Below, piece by piece: positions 24,751-39,691 of a stretch of 64,000 nt of DNA; the stretch's first letter is position 1; each line of letters starts with the position of its first letter. The DNA lies in NCBI GenBank assembly GCA_965112735.1, contig OZ218964.1:620001-684000 (forward strand). Direction: 5' to 3'. The position numbers were made by a program, and so were the translations under genes. The notes beneath the pieces were generated by a model that ran no database searches, was not told the DNA's origin, and saw only the letters and a program-made list of their open reading frames with translations. This DNA is from Phaeosaccion multiseriatum. Taxonomy: Eukaryota; Protista; Ochrophyta, other classes.

Positions 24751-27700
24751 CGGGCAGTCAGGCGGGCAGGCAGGCAGGCAGGCAGGTAGTAACGCGTAGA
24801 ACGTCCCGCCCCCCCTTGTCCTGACACCCTCTGTCGTGACACCCTCTGTCCTGACACCCTCTGTCCTGACGCCCCATGCCGACACCTCGTCCGGACATCC
24901 CCCCCCCCCCGCTCCTGCACTGCAGGGCTACGCTGATGGCTCTGCGGATGTGTCTCGCTTCGACTCTCCCAACGGACTTGAGGTGGACTCACAGGGTGTC
25001 GTATACGTGGCTGACACGAACAACCACCTGCTGCGGATGGTCGACAGCAACGGAACTGCCTTCACTGTGGCAGGTGGGTGGGTGGGAGAGGAGAGGGGAG
25101 GGAGAGAAGAGAGAAAGGGGTGGGCTGCTTCCTTTACTGTCTGATCTTTTGTGTGTGTGTGTACAGTGTGTCTGTGTATATGTTTATGTGTGTGTGTGTG
25201 TGTGTGCGCGAGTGCGAGAGGAAGGAAAGAAGAGGGAGGGTGAAGATACGTTCCAATCCTCGATGGAAGCATTAGCAGACACACACGTGTGAGACCCCTC
25301 TTTCTACACACCCCTCCCCCTTTTGGCCCACCCTCACTCTGACCCACCACTCCCTCAACCCATCGATACCCGCCCCCTCCCCCCTCTAGCGGTCCCCTTC
25401 TTCTCACCCCCACCCGTTCCCAACCTCATCCATCCTCCTTCCCCCTTTCACCACGGCGTGCTTTGAGACAGGCAACACAAGACGACGAGCATGGCAAGAC
25501 GCCTCCTCCTCCTCCTCCTCCTCCTCGGGTACTGTCCCCTTTGCGGGCTGCCCCCCACCCTGTCTGGAGGGGGTCGCTGGTTTCCGAGACGGGAATCTCA
25601 GCCACGCGAGGTTCGATGCCCCCACTGACGTGTTTCTGGGGCCCAATGGAACGGTCATGGTGGTGCAGCCAAACGCTCTGAGGATGGTGACTCTGCCGGA
25701 GGTGAGTGAGTGAGTGAGTGAGTGAGTGAGTGAGTGAGTGAGTGAGTGAGTGAGTGAGTGAGTGAGTGAGTGAGTGAGTGAGTGAGTGAGTGGGTGGGTG
25801 AGTGAGTGAGTGAGTGAGTGAGTGGGTGAGTGGGTGAGTGAGTGAGTGAGTGAGTGAGTGGGTGAGTGAGTGAGTGAGTGAGTGAGTGAGTGAGTGAGTG
25901 AGTGGGTGAGTGAGTGAGTGAGTGAGTGAGTGAGTGAGTGAGTGGGTGAGTGGGTGAGTGAGTGGGTGAGTGAGTGGGTGAGTGAGTGGGTGAGTGGGTG
26001 AGTGGGTGAGTGGGTGAGTGGGTGAGTGGGTGAGTGATTGAGTGGGTGTGTGAAGCGAGTAGTGAGTAAATGAGTGAGGGAGTGATTTGGTGAGTGAGTG
26101 AGTGAAGCGAGTGAGTGAGTGAGTGAGTGAAACGAGTGAGTGAGTGGGTGAGTGAGTGAGTGTAGCGAGTAACACTGCCTCCCTCGCTCCCACTCCACCC
26201 ACCCACCCACCCACCCACCCATGGACTCACTACCCACCCACAAGGTTGTGAGCTCCACCAATGGTATCAAGAGCATGGGAGAAGTGGTCACCCTCGCAGG
26301 CACATCCACGGCCTCCAGTAGCGGAAACCTTGACGGACCGGGCAATGAAGCAACCTTCTCCAACCTCTTTGCCGGCTGCATGACGGAGGAAGATGAAGTG
26401 GTGTACTTGGTCGATGCCTCGGCGTGCCGGCTGAGGAGAGTGGCGCCGGCTTCGGTGGTGAGTGGAGGGAGGGAGGGAGGGGGGGAGGGAGGGAGGGGAG
26501 GGAGGGAGGGAGGGAGGGAGGGAGGGAGGGAGGGAGGGAGGGAGAGAGGGAGGGAGGGAGGGACGGAGGGAGGGAGGGAGGGAGGGAGGGAGGGAGGGAG
26601 GGAGGGAGGGAGGGAGGGAGGGAGGGAGGGAGGGAGGGAGGGAGGGAGGGAGGGAGGGAGGGAGGGAGGGAGGGAGGGAGGGAGGGAGGGAGAGGGGGAG
26701 GGAGGGAGGGAGGAAGGGAGGGAGAGAGGGAGGGGAGGGAGGGACGGAGGGAGGGAGGGAGGGGGGAGGGAAGGACGGACAGAACGAGTGATTGACAGCC
26801 ATTGTGTGCCAAAAATGATGACAAAAGAAGCTGAAACTGAAACTGAACTATGCCCTGGTCTCTCTCTGCCCCTCCTCCCTCCCCCCTCACTCCCTCCCTC
26901 CCTCCTTCCCTCCCTCTTCTTCCCTCCCTTCCTTCCTCCCTCCCTCCCTCCCTCCCTCCCTCCCTCCTTCCCTCCCTCCCTCCCTCCCTCCCTCCCTCCC
27001 TCCTTCCTTCCCTCCCTCCCTCCCTCCTTTCTTCCCTCCCTCCCTCCCTCCCTCCCTCCCAACAGGTGGTCCAGAACGTTTCAAAGTGCTCCACCCCTTT
27101 AACGGAGGTCCTCCGTCCCTCCGGCTGCAGCAGCTACGACCCCCCTACAGGGAAGAGAGGCAAAACCGTCACCTCCGTCTTTGGGAACATGCACTATAAT
27201 CGCGACCCTTACGGCAACACTTCTGTGCAATCTACCCATGACTCGGATGGCGTGGACTTTATCGGAAGAGAAGTCAAGGACTGCGTGGGGTCGCCGCCAC
27301 CGGATCGAATGGATAAAGAGTTCTGGAGGGGGAGTGGACTTAATCTCGTCATTGACGACGAGCGAGCCTTCATCAAAGAGGTGAGCTTGCTTCCTCGGTT
27401 GGATGGATGGCAGTGGGTGGGTGGGTGGGTGGGTGGGTGGGTGGGTGGGTGGGTGGTTGATTGTTGGTTGATTGGTGGCTTGGTGGCTTGGTTGTTTGGT
27501 TGGTTGCCTGCTCTCCTCTGCCCCCCTCATCCTCTGTCGTGACTCGATCTCCCCCCCTCTCTCCCTCTTCTTCTCTCTCCCTCCGTCCCTCCACCCTCTC
27601 TCCTCCCTCCCTCCCTCCCTCCCTCCCTCCCTCCCTCCCTCCCTCCCTCTTCTCTCTCCCTCTCTCTACATACATATTATTATTTGTAAATTATATATGT

Positions 27701-28456
27701 ACACACATGTACATGTTGTTGCAGGACACGGGCGACGGCTCGATAATCTCTCTACGCTGCCCCCCGGGGTGTGCCGCCTTTGCCTCGGCCAGCCCCTTCG
27801 CCTTCACCCTCCAAGGCTCCTCACCGTACTCGGACAATAGGTACGGATGTGCAGTATCACCAACTGCGGTGCTGTATCACCAACAGCTTTTGCGGTGTGC
27901 TGTCCTGGTGGTGTGCTCTTACCAATAGAGAGAGACGGTACTACTGCACATACGACCGACCGACTGATTGACCTCTCACTGATATCTCTTCATCTCCCTC
28001 GACCCCCCCTCCCTTCACCCCCCCTCCCCTCCCCTCCCCTCCCCTGCCCTAACCTCCCCTGCCCTCCCCTCCCCTCCCCTCCCCTCCCCTCCCCTCCCCT
28101 CCCCTCCCCTCCCCTCCCCTCCCCTCCCCTCCCCTCCCCTCCCCTCTCCCTCTCCCTCTACCCCCCCCTCAGCGCTGTATGCATGGCGGCTCTCCACTCC
28201 GGAGTAATCTCTGACGAGGAGGGAGGCCTCATTGAGGTGACGCTGAGGCCCGGAGAGGAGGTGAACTTCACCGCCAACGCCGACTTTGGAAGAGGCAGCG
28301 AGGCAACCATCGTCGGTAAGAGGCAGGCAGGCAGGGAGAGAGGGAGGGAGAGGGAGGGAGAGGGAGGGAGAGGGAGGGAGAGGGGGGGAGAGGGAGGGAC
28401 GGATGGATGGATGGATGGATGGATGGAGGGAGGGAAGAAGAGGGAGGGAAGGAGGA

Positions 28457-28487
<31 letters not shown>

Positions 28488-31400
28488 AGGAGGGAGGGAG
28501 GAAGGAAGGAGGGAAGGAGAGGGAGGGAGGGAGGGAGGGAGGGAGAGAGGGAGGGAGGGAAGGAGAGGGAGAGAGAGCAGTTGCTAGCAAAGTTTATGAT
28601 GCAGTTTCTCACTCCTTCTTCGCCTTTTCGACATTTCTTTCGGAGCGCTCCTTTGCCGCTTCCAACCCTCCCGCCGCCAATCGACCGGAAAGCCAAAAGC
28701 CCTCCCCTTCCCTCCCCTCTCCTCCCCTCTTGTCCCCTCCCCTCCCCTCCCCTCCCCTCCCCTCCCCTCCCCTCCCCTCCCCTCCCCTCCCCTCCCCTCC
28801 CCTCCCCTCCCCTCCCCTCCCCTCCCCTCCCCTCCCCTCCCCTCCCCTCCCCTCCCCTCCCTCCCCTCCCCCCTCTCTCCCTCCCCTCGACACTCACTCT
28901 CAGACGGGACACTGAACCTCACGTCCTCCTCCCTCCCTGCTGGGCAGAACCCTCGTCTCTTCACTGTGTCCTCCCTCCCTGCCTCTGTGCTGGTGGTGCA
29001 GACTCTGGCTGGTCACCCCTCTGCGCCGCTGGAGGACAGCTGCGGGGCGGCGGATGCCTTTAATCAACCTCCACAGGTACAGGGCCTGACACCTCATACC
29101 TCACACCTCATACCTCACACCTCATACCTCATACCTGACACCTCACACCTCATACCTCACACCTCATATCTGACACCTCATATCTGACACCTCATACCTC
29201 ATATCTGACACCTCACACCTGACACCTCACACATCATGCCTCACACCTCATACCGACACCTCATACCTCATATCTGACACCTCATATCTGACACCTCTAC
29301 CGACACCTCATACCTCATATCTGACACCTCACACATCATGCCTCATACCTCATATCTGACACCTCACACATACATACACACATGACACCTCACACATCAT
29401 GCCTCATACCTCATATCTGACACCTCACACACACATACACACATGACACCTCACACATCATGCCTCATACCTCATATCTGACACCTCACACACACATACA
29501 CACATGACACCTCACACCTCATATCTGACACCTCATACCTCATACCTGACACCTCATATCTGACACCTCATACCTCACACATGACACATGACACCTCACA
29601 CACACATACACACATGACACCTCACGCACACACACACGCACGCACACACACACACACGCACACACACACACGCACACACGCACACACACACACACACGCA
29701 CACACGCACACACATACACGCACACACACACACGCAGGAGGCATACATGGACGGCCCCCGGGGAGTGGACGTGTACCGCTCCTCCAACCTCTCTGACTCT
29801 ACCTATGTGTACATCGCGGACAGCGGAAACCACGCCATTAGAGCCGTTTCGGTCGTGTGTGCCTTCCCCTGCGAGAACGGCGGGCGCTGCACTGGCTTGG
29901 ATGAGTGCGAGTGTGAGGGGGGTTGGAAGGGTAGCGACTGCAGTGTGCCCGACTGCGGAGGGGAGGAGTGCGGCGATCGGAAGGTACGAACGTGTGGGAT
30001 TTGAGGAGAGGGGAGGGGAGGGAGGGAGGGGAGGGGGAGGGGAGGGGGAGGGGCCAGGGGAGGGGAGAGAGGAGGGGAGAGAGGAGGGGAGAGAGGGAAA
30101 CGAAGGGCATTCTTACACTCTTTATTCCGCATGGAGCCCTCCCCTCGCCTTGTTCTTATCCCTTTTCCCCTTTCCCTCATCTGCCCCAATGTTCTCCCTC
30201 CTTTCTGGCCTTCTTTCTCTCCCCTGCCTTCCCCCTTCCCCCTCCTCCTCCCCCTCTCCCTCCCCCCTCCTCCCCCTCCCCGTCCCCTCGCCCTGGACAT
30301 CCACTGCTATCCCCTGCCTGACCGTGGCTAGGTGTGCGTGGGCGGGGGCGAGTGCGCTTGCATCGCGGGGTACACAGGGGAGGACTGTCAAACGCCGCTC
30401 TGCATACAGGTACAGGGGATGGTAGTGAATGGGCAAGGGGACGTCAGGACGGGGGTGTCAGGACACAGAGGGAGAGGGTGTCAGGACCGAGCATGCTCTC
30501 ATGCTCTCATCACCCCACCCCCTCCTTATCCCTTGTATTCAACCAATCAATCACTTAATTTGAATCATGCAATGCAATGCCATGCAATGGACGGAACCAC
30601 GACCTCAACCAAACGCAGGAGTGCTCCCACGGCGAATGCGTTGCCCCGGACACTTGTGAGTGCGGTTCGGGCTGGTTTGGACCGAGCTGCACGGTGCCAG
30701 TGTGCACTCAGACCTGCGGCAATGGAGGCAACTGCACCGCCCCCGACACGTGCAGCTGCCCTTCGCAGTGGGAGGATGAGGACTGTAGAATGCCGGTCTG
30801 CGAGCAGGTGGGTGGGAGGGAGAGATTGAGGGAGGGAAGGAGGGAGGGAGGGACGGAGGGAGGGAGAGGGAGAGAAGGAGAGAGGGAGAGAAGGAGGGAG
30901 AGAGGGGAAGAGAGTGTGTGCATGTATGTGTAGTCAGCTGTCGGGTGTAAATAAGTACCACTTTCTCCCATCCACTCCACACTGTCTACCCCCTCCCCCT
31001 CTCCTACCCGCAGAGTTGCCTCAATGGCGGCTACTGCACCGCTCCGGACACATGTTTGTGCCCCTCTCAGTGGACGGGCTACGATTGCTCCTTGCCTGTG
31101 TGCACACAGGGGTTCTTCCGGTGCGTACCTTCGTTGTTCAGTTACGAGATGACAGTGGATGGAACCTTGCCTTGCTGGTGTGCCTTGGCCTTTGGCTGCC
31201 TTCCCTCTCTCTCCACCCTCTCCCACTCTCCTTGAGCTTCTATCCCCTTCTCTCTCTATATATATCAAACTCGAATGTCAAAGAGAGTCTTTGTGGATGT
31301 ATGGAGCCTCGTTCCTTTCTCTCAGCGCTCCCTAATCGGTGCTGCACCGCCCCCCCGTCCCTCGGCGGTGGTGACCTTTTCCTCCGTCATTCCTTCCCTC

Positions 31401-33811
31401 CCTCTCTCCTCCGTTTCTGATGTCCCCTCCTCCGCTCGTTCCTCTCCCTCCTTCATTCCTTCCTCTCCCTCCTTCCTTCCTTCCTTCCTTCCTTCCTTCC
31501 TTCCTTCCTTCCTTCCTTCCTTTCTTCCTTCCTTCCTTCCTTCCTTCCTTCCTTCCCTCTCTCCTTCCTTCCTTCTTCCCTCCCTCCTTCCTTCGTTCCT
31601 TTCTTCCCTCAGCGCTTCCTTCAATACCTCTGACCACGATCCCATCGGTTACCCTTTCTATTGGGCGGAGTACACTCCCTGCGACTACAGCACTTGGTGC
31701 AACGACACAAATGGCTTCGACTGCGCGCAGGGAAACAGGTTCGTGTGTGTATTCGTGTATATATATATGTGTGTGTGTGTGTGCGCGCACGGATGATCTA
31801 ACTGACTGTTTGACTGCCTCACGAATCTGTCTGCTTCTGCTCTCTGTGCGCTTCCCCTCCCTCCCTTCTTTCCTCTGTCCCTTTCTCCCCCCGCTTCCCC
31901 CCCAGAGAGCGCGTGGCCATGCCTGCTGGCTGGGGCTCTGACGCTCGGGCCATCACCGGGCGCAAGACCGAGCCCAACCGTTGTATGATGATAGAGCTTG
32001 GGGAGGACGTGGTTACACAGTTCTCGTACGCCGTCGGCCTCAATGGGAGTACGTCCAACGCGAGGTAGGGGGGTAGGGTAGGGTAGGATAGGGTAGGGTA
32101 GGGTAGGGTGGGGTAGGGTAGGGTAGGGTATATAGATAGGGTAGGGTGGGGTAGGCTAGGGAAGGGTAGGGTAGGGTAGGGTAGGGTAGGGTAGGGTATA
32201 TAAAGGGTAGGGTAGGGTAGGGTAGGGTGGGGTAGGGTAGGGTAGGGTAGGGCAGGGGAGGGTAGGGTAAGGTAGGGTACGGGGGTTGGTGATACGGTGT
32301 GCGTTCTTGTCTAGATAGATGGAGAGATGGGTGTACAGATGGATAGATGGATATGTAGATCGATTGATTGAAAAGGAAATATCGATAGACAGAGAGAGAG
32401 AGCAATACAGATAAATTCATCGATCCATCAATCGACCAACAATGCGATACCCACCTCGCCGCCCCTCACCCTCCTCACTCACCCCTGCCGGCAGATACTC
32501 GCCCGTGAAGCCCTACGAATGGACAGGAGAGCCCCGCCTGGCCTGGCACGCCTACAACGAGTCTACCGAGGGGCACACGTATCCATGGGTGTGGGAATAC
32601 GATCGAGAGGTGTGTGTATTGTATGCGTGCGTGTGTGTGTTCTTCAGTTTTTAACTTGAGAGTGGGTGTGGGAGTACGATAGAGGTGTGTGTGTATGTGT
32701 CTGTGTGCGTGCGTGCGCGGGTGTGTGCGTGTGTGCGCGCGCGCGTGTGTGTGTGCGTGTGTGTGTTCTTCAGTTTTTAACTTGAGAGTGGGTGTGGGAG
32801 TACGATATTGAGGTGTATGTGTGTGTGTGGGAGTGAACGTGGGAGTGGAAGTGTGACACTAACAGGGACGACAACAGCGACATGCCGATGCCCATATGCC
32901 TGCCTGCCTGCTGCCCATATGCCTGCCTGCTGCCCGTATGCCTGCCTGCTACCCATATGCCTGCCTGCTGCCCATATGCCTGCCTGCTACCCATATGCCC
33001 ATGTGTCTGCCCATATGCCTGCCCATATGTCTGCCTGCTACCCGTACAGCCGCATGTCTGCCTATATGCTTATTATGTATCTCTACATATACGTATACCT
33101 GCCTAATACCTGCCTGCCCCCTCCAGGTGGCCCTTGTGGAGCTTCACAATGTCAGTCAAGGCACATACGTGTGCGCCAATGAAGGAAACTGCACCAGCCC
33201 GGGCGTGTGCGAGTGCGCAGAGGGGTGGGCGGGCTTCGACTGTAGAACTCCCATCTGCGCGCAGGTGAGGGAGGGAGGGAGGGAGAGAGGGAGGGTGTAT
33301 GAGCGACTTTGACTCTCTCTCCTTCCAAACCGAAACTGTCACTCTTTCCCTCTCTCTCTCCCTGACTATGTCCGTGTGTGTCCGTCTGCTTGCCCCCCCC
33401 CGCGCGTGTGTGTGGTGGTCTCTTGTTCTGTCTGTGGGCACCAACAACAACCAACACCACCACCACCACCAACCCACAGGGCTACTTTGAGCCGGACCAA
33501 AAGAAGTTTGTGTCGGGCACGATGCTTGACACAGAGCTTGACATCTTCGACGGTTTCATGGACAACAACAGCGTGCGGCTGCAGTGGCCCTACAGCAACC
33601 CCAACTTTACTCTTGTGTGGGAGTCTTTCATAAACAAGACGGACTTCAGGCGCTACAATGTGTGAGTAGAGGAGTGCCGGGCTAGGGCTGGTTGGGTCGG
33701 CAGTATGTCAGTGATTCATTGGGTGGGTGGGTGAGTGGGTGGGGTTGGGGATGGTTGGGTGGATGGGTGGATGGATGGATGGATGGCTCTTACAGCCCCT
33801 TTCTATCGGCG

Positions 33812-33848
<37 letters not shown>

Positions 33849-36800
33849 CGACTGACCTCCATTGACCTCCCGCACGCCCCTCCTCCTCCTTCTTCTTCTT
33901 CTTCTTCTTCTTCTGCCTCTTGTCCTCCTTGGGGTGTCTCGCTGCCTGCCCAATTGCCCTTGCCCTTGCTCGTGCTCGTGCTCTTGTTCGTCCTACTCGT
34001 GTTGCTCCTACTGCTTCTGTTGCCGTGCTGCTGCTGTTCTGTGAGTAGCTCGCATGGAGGTGAGCGGTACCTCGGCCCCTCCGATTGGACAGCGGATGAC
34101 GAACGCATCTTCACATACCAAGGGGGGTACAGGTGCGCTGTCTCGCTTTCTGGGTGGTGGTTGGTTGCTTGGATGATAGCCTGGTTGGTTGCTTGGCGGG
34201 ATGACAGCCTGGTTGGTTGATTGCTTGCTTGCTTGCTTAGTTAGTTGGTTGCTTGCTTGCTTGCTTGCTTGGATGATAGCCTGGTTGGTTGGTTGCCCGG
34301 TAGGTAGGTAGGTAAGTAGGTTGGTTGATTGGTTGGTTTGTTTGTCGATGGTTGATTGTGCATCCTGCCTGCCAGCATGCTGCTGCTGTATCACCAACTG
34401 CTGCTGCGACTGCTGTATCACCAACTGCTGCTGTATCGCAACAGGTGTAGCATCCGCGCGTGGACGGCCTTCGAGAACGGCCTCAACATCACGGAGAACT
34501 CAAACTACTTCTCCCGCTACATGGACTCCTCTGTGCAGTTCGATGGTACGTTAACGGACGTTACCTGCCTTCACCTGACATTCTCCTCCCCCTAACGAAC
34601 CCTCCCCCTTCCTACCATTAACCCCGTTTCCGTTAACTCTCTAACAGGGCGGCGTTACACGTACTGGGAGGGTATGGAGTGGCCCCCTGTGCACCTCAAG
34701 AGCCCTGCGTTGGAGTTCAATGACTCCTTCGGAAACCTCTTCGTCTACACAGACAGGTGCAGGGAGCTGCTTGCTTGCTTGCTTGCTTGAGACAGGAGAG
34801 GATGTGCTGCCGCATCGGCTCTCGCTATGTCTCTCTCTCTGTGTGTGTGTGTGTCCGTCTCAGTCTCTCTGTTGTGCTTGTGTGTCTCTCTCCCTCTGTC
34901 TCTTATTGTCTCTCTATGTCTCTCTCTCCCTCTCTTTGTGTGTGCGTACCATGAGCAGAACTCACTCCCTCCCCCCCCCCCTCCTCCCTCTCCTCCTCCT
35001 CCTCCTCCTCCTCCTCCTCCTCCTCCTCCTCCTCCTCCTCCTCCTCCTCCTCCTCCTCCTCCTCCTCCTCCTCCTCCTCCTCCTCCTCCTCCACCTCCTC
35101 CTCCCCCTCCTCCTCCTCCTCCTCCTCCTCCTCCTCCTCCTCCTCCCACCCCCCCGCAGAGGCTTCATGCGTGACGGGGAGTGGGGCTTGACGGGCAATG
35201 CGTGGGAGGCGGGTGTGTGCGTCCTTGAGTTCAATCGCACCTGCCCCGGAGACCCCTCCAAGGAGACCGACGTCCTGACACTCAGGAGGGACGTGTTGGT
35301 GCAGGACACAGACACCAGGTGAGGGGATGGCAGTGGATGGGATGACAGTGGATGGCAGTGCATGACAGTGGATGGCCGCTTGTCGATGCTCTTGAAGAGT
35401 TGTGGAGAGGAGAGCCTCTGCTTGAGGGCGAACAGAGAGAGAGAGAGAGAGCAGCATCGCATCATTCGTCTGCAACTGCCACTGCTGTATCACCAACTTA
35501 TGCTGCAACTGCCACTGCTGTATCACCAACTTATGCTGCTAATGCCCTTGTGCCTCTCTCCTCTCCGCCCCCAAAGCTTTCGTGCCCGCGTGCTGTACGA
35601 TGACCTGAGAGAGTATGACCTTGGAGAGCGGCGCTGGAGAGAGGAAGGAGGGGAGTGCGTTGATCAAGTCGTTCGGGGCTGTTACAACAACGGTACGTAC
35701 CCGAAAGTCACGTGCTTGCCTCCTCCGCCTCGGGGGGGGGCACACACCCGGCCTCTTTCTCGAACCATTCTCGGACCATTCTCGGACCATTCTCGGACCA
35801 TTCTCAGACCCCATCCCACCGTGTCTGCTGCTCCTTCCGGTGAAACAAACCCCCCGCCCCCCTCTCCTCTCCTCCCCTCTCCTCTCCTCCCCTCTCCTCT
35901 CCTCCCCTCCCCTCTCCTCCCCTCTCCCCTTCTCCCCTCTCCTCTCCTCCCCTCTCCTCCCCTCTCCTCTCCTCCCCTCCCCCCCCCTCCCCTCCCCTCC
36001 CCTCCCCTACACGTCACTCCCCGTCGTCCCCTCTTCTATCCCCCTAGGCACGTGCGTGGCGCCCAACACGTGTGAGTGCGCGTCGGGCTGGACAGGCTTC
36101 GACTGCAGCACCCCGCTCTGCGCCAACGACTGCGGCAACGGAGGTGAGTGAGAGAGTCAACGAAAGGGTAGCGGCGGCGTAATGGCAGCGTAACGGCAGT
36201 GTAACAACACCATGTCCGGTGTCAGGTATCAGGTGTCAGGTGTCAGGTGTCAGGTGTCAGCTGTCAGCTGTCAGGTGTCAGGTGTCAGGTGTCAGGTGTC
36301 AGGTATCAGGTGTCAGGTGTCAGGTGTCAGGTGTCAGGAGTTCAGCTGTCAGGTATCAGGTGTCAGGTGTCAGGTGTCAGGTGTCAGGTGTCAGGTATCA
36401 GGTGTCAGGTATCAGGTGTCAGGTGTCAGGTATCAGGTGTCAGGTGTCAGGTATCAGGTGTCAGGTATCAGGTATCAGGTGTCAGGTATCAGGTGTCAGG
36501 TATCAGGTATCAGGTATCAGGTATCAGGTGTCAGGTGTAAGGTGTAAAGCCCCACCTGCACTCATCCACCACCCACGCACCAAAACCCCCACTCACCCAC
36601 ACTCACCCACACTCACCCCCACACTCACCCCCACACTCACCCCCACACTCACCCCCACACTCACCCCCACACTCACCCCCACACTCACCCACACTCACCC
36701 ACACTCACCCACACTCACCCCCTTCGCTGCTGTGCCCACGGCGCAGGCAACTGCACACTGCCGAACATCTGCACCTGCGCTCGCGGCTGGGAGGGGCCCA

Positions 36801-39655
36801 ACTGCGATATTCCCGTGTGCGCACAGGACTGCAACAACGATGGGGGTGAGTGAAGTTGGGGGGCAATGGGGGCCCAATTGGGGCTGGCTGGGGCGCGGGA
36901 CTTGGGAGTGCTCTTGTCGGTCTGTCACCGCAACTTCTCTCTCTCTCTCTCCCTCTCTCTCCCTCTCTCTCCTTCTGTCTCTCTCCTCTCCCTCTCTCCT
37001 CCATCTCTCTCACATACACATAAAATGGTTCCAATGATCTGTTGTTCCTTCTTTTGAAACTCTCCTTCTTTCATGCCTCCTTCCGTGCACTGATTCCTTT
37101 CTTCTGTGCCCCCCTCCCCCTCCCGCTCCCCCGCCCTCTCCCTCTCCACCTCCCTCCCGCTCCTCCTCCCCCTTCCCCTCCCCCTCCCCCTCCCCCTCCC
37201 ATCCCTCCCTCTCCCTCAGTGTGCGTGGCCCCCGACGTATGCAAGTGCAATCAGTGGCCCTCCGAGTGGCGTGACGGCCGAGCAGAGGGCGGCAGACCCT
37301 TGTATCAGAAGCCCGACGGCGACCCACAGAACACAGGCTGGACGGGCTTCGACTGCTCCACCCCCATCTGCACACAGGCGGAGAGCTTCTACTACAACCT
37401 CGGTAGCCCTACTGACTACAGCACGGCTACGAGCAGCAGCAGCGGGAGTGGCAGCAGCAGCGGCGGGACCAACGCGAGCACTTCCCTCAGCGAGGATGAC
37501 ATGTGAGCACATCTAGTGCTGTACCTTAATGGGGCGCTTTATCGTAAGGCCAATGGCGTTACCGTTAGGCCAGTGGCGTTACCTTGCCCCTCACTCCGAT
37601 CACAAGTCTTCCCCCTTTCGCTGACCACCCTCCCGTTCCCCCTCTCCCCCTCCCCTCTTCTCCCCTCCCCCTTCCCCCTCCCCCTCCCCCCTCCCCTCCT
37701 CTTCCCCTCCCTTCCCCTCCCCTCCTGTCCCCCCCCCCCAAGGACCGTGATGTTCGGCGGGCACGGCTTCGACGGCTCTCTGGAGTGCTCGTCCGTCCGC
37801 TGCCCCGCCTACGACGCCGTGTACACCGCCAATGATGGAAAGAGCTTCCAAACGGGCTGCGGGTGGGACCCCAGAGACACCGGTAAGGGAAGGGAAGGGA
37901 AGGGAAGGGAAGGGAAGGGAAGGGAAGGGAAGGGAAGGGAAGGGAAGGGAAGGGAAGGGAAGGGAAGGGAAGGGAAGGGAAGGGAAGGGAAGAGAAGAGA
38001 AGAGAAGGGAAGGAAAGGGAAGGGAGGGGAAGGGAAGTGAAGGGAAGGGAACCCCACCGCATGGAGAGCATCTACCCCCCCCCCCTCCACCTCCTTCTCC
38101 TCCTCCCCCATCCACTGCCATCCCCCCTAACCCGAATCTCCTTCTCCTCCATCATCCACTGCCACCCCCAGGCTGCTGCTACTACGAAGAGGCCGGCAGC
38201 AGCAGCTCCTCTGGAGAGCAGTGGACTTGCCTCAAGTGCAGTATCGACCTCGTCAGTCCCCACAACTACACCTGCTCGGGAGAGAGCATCGACAGCACTG
38301 TGTACACCGACTATTACAGCATTGACGCGGCCTTCTTCGATGTGGTGAGTGCGTGTTAGTTACCCTATCCGCACGCTTCCACGTGTTCATGTCTGTCTCT
38401 GCCCCTCTCTCTTGCCTCCTCTTCTCTCTGCCTCTTCTTTCGTGCCTTTCTCTCTGTCTCGCTTCTCTCTCTTGACCATCTTTCCTGCGTCTGTCTCTGT
38501 CTCCATCTCTCTACCTCAACTCCCTCCGTCCCTCCGTCCCTCCGTCCCTCCGTCCCTCCGTCCCTCCGTCCCTCCGTCCCTCCGTCCCTCCCAGAGCGCT
38601 GGTCTAATGCTGTGCGGTCCCAACCATTCCCCCGTGCCCTACTACGTGGATACGAGCACCGAGCGCGACAATTACCTCTACACCAATCACAACCATCGAG
38701 CCAACGTCAGCGGCAGTCGCTTCCTTTGCAACAGGGGCATGTGGGAGATGGGGGACTTTGAAGGTTCGTTACGCAATCTTACGTAACCTAATGCGACCTT
38801 ACCCCCCACCCACCCACCCACCCACCCACACATACCGTCGCACACTCCTCCGCACACAATGTCCCCCCACCTCACCCCCTGTCGTCCCCCCCACTCTCCA
38901 TCTGCCCCTCCTTTCTCCCCTTCCCTTCCCTTCCCTTCCCTCCCCTCCCTCCCCTCCCCTCCCCATCCCACCAGGCTCTGTGGACCTTTACTCAGACGTG
39001 ATTGGCATCAACTCCGACTTCGGACTTGAGGCAGGCAGGCACACACGCATCAACTTCCCCAACTACACGAGAGCAGCGGACAGCGAAGGAGGGGGCAGTG
39101 GGAGCTGGGAGCAAGGTGCCATTACAAGAGGCGAGGGGGTGTATGGGTGTTTCAATGGGGGGTCGTGCATTGGACCGGACACGTGTTCCTGCGCCGACGG
39201 CTGGGACGGCTTCGACTGCACCACGCCTCTGTGCAGGCATCGACAGGTAGGTTGGTAGGTACGGTCCTCACCTAGGAGGTGCTTTGGTATGGGATACTTT
39301 TATTGACTTAGGAGGTGCCTGGTGTGGGATACTTTTATTGACTTAGGAGGTGCCTGGTGTGGGATACTTTTATTGACTTAGGAGGTGCCTGATGTGGTGG
39401 GGCTTTTATGGCTCTGGTGCTGCTGTTGCTGGTGCTGCTGCTGTATCACCAACTGCTTCTGAGGTGCTGTTGTACTTAGGAGTATGTATACCAGATGGTG
39501 GTGTAGGGCTGATGACCGCTTGTGTGAGTGAGCGTGTGTGTGTAAAAACGTGAGTGTGTGTGTGTAAAAACGTGAGTGTGTGTGTAGGTGCGTGCGCGTG
39601 AGTGTGAGTCAGAGCGCGCATGTGTCTGTGTGTGTGTGTGTGTGTCTATATGTGG

Positions 39656-39691
<36 letters not shown>

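Noticed and set aside
39274-39392. 36-bp repeats resembling a CRISPR array
   Set aside because: Head-to-tail copies with no unique spacers, inside a eukaryotic intron, with no cas genes.
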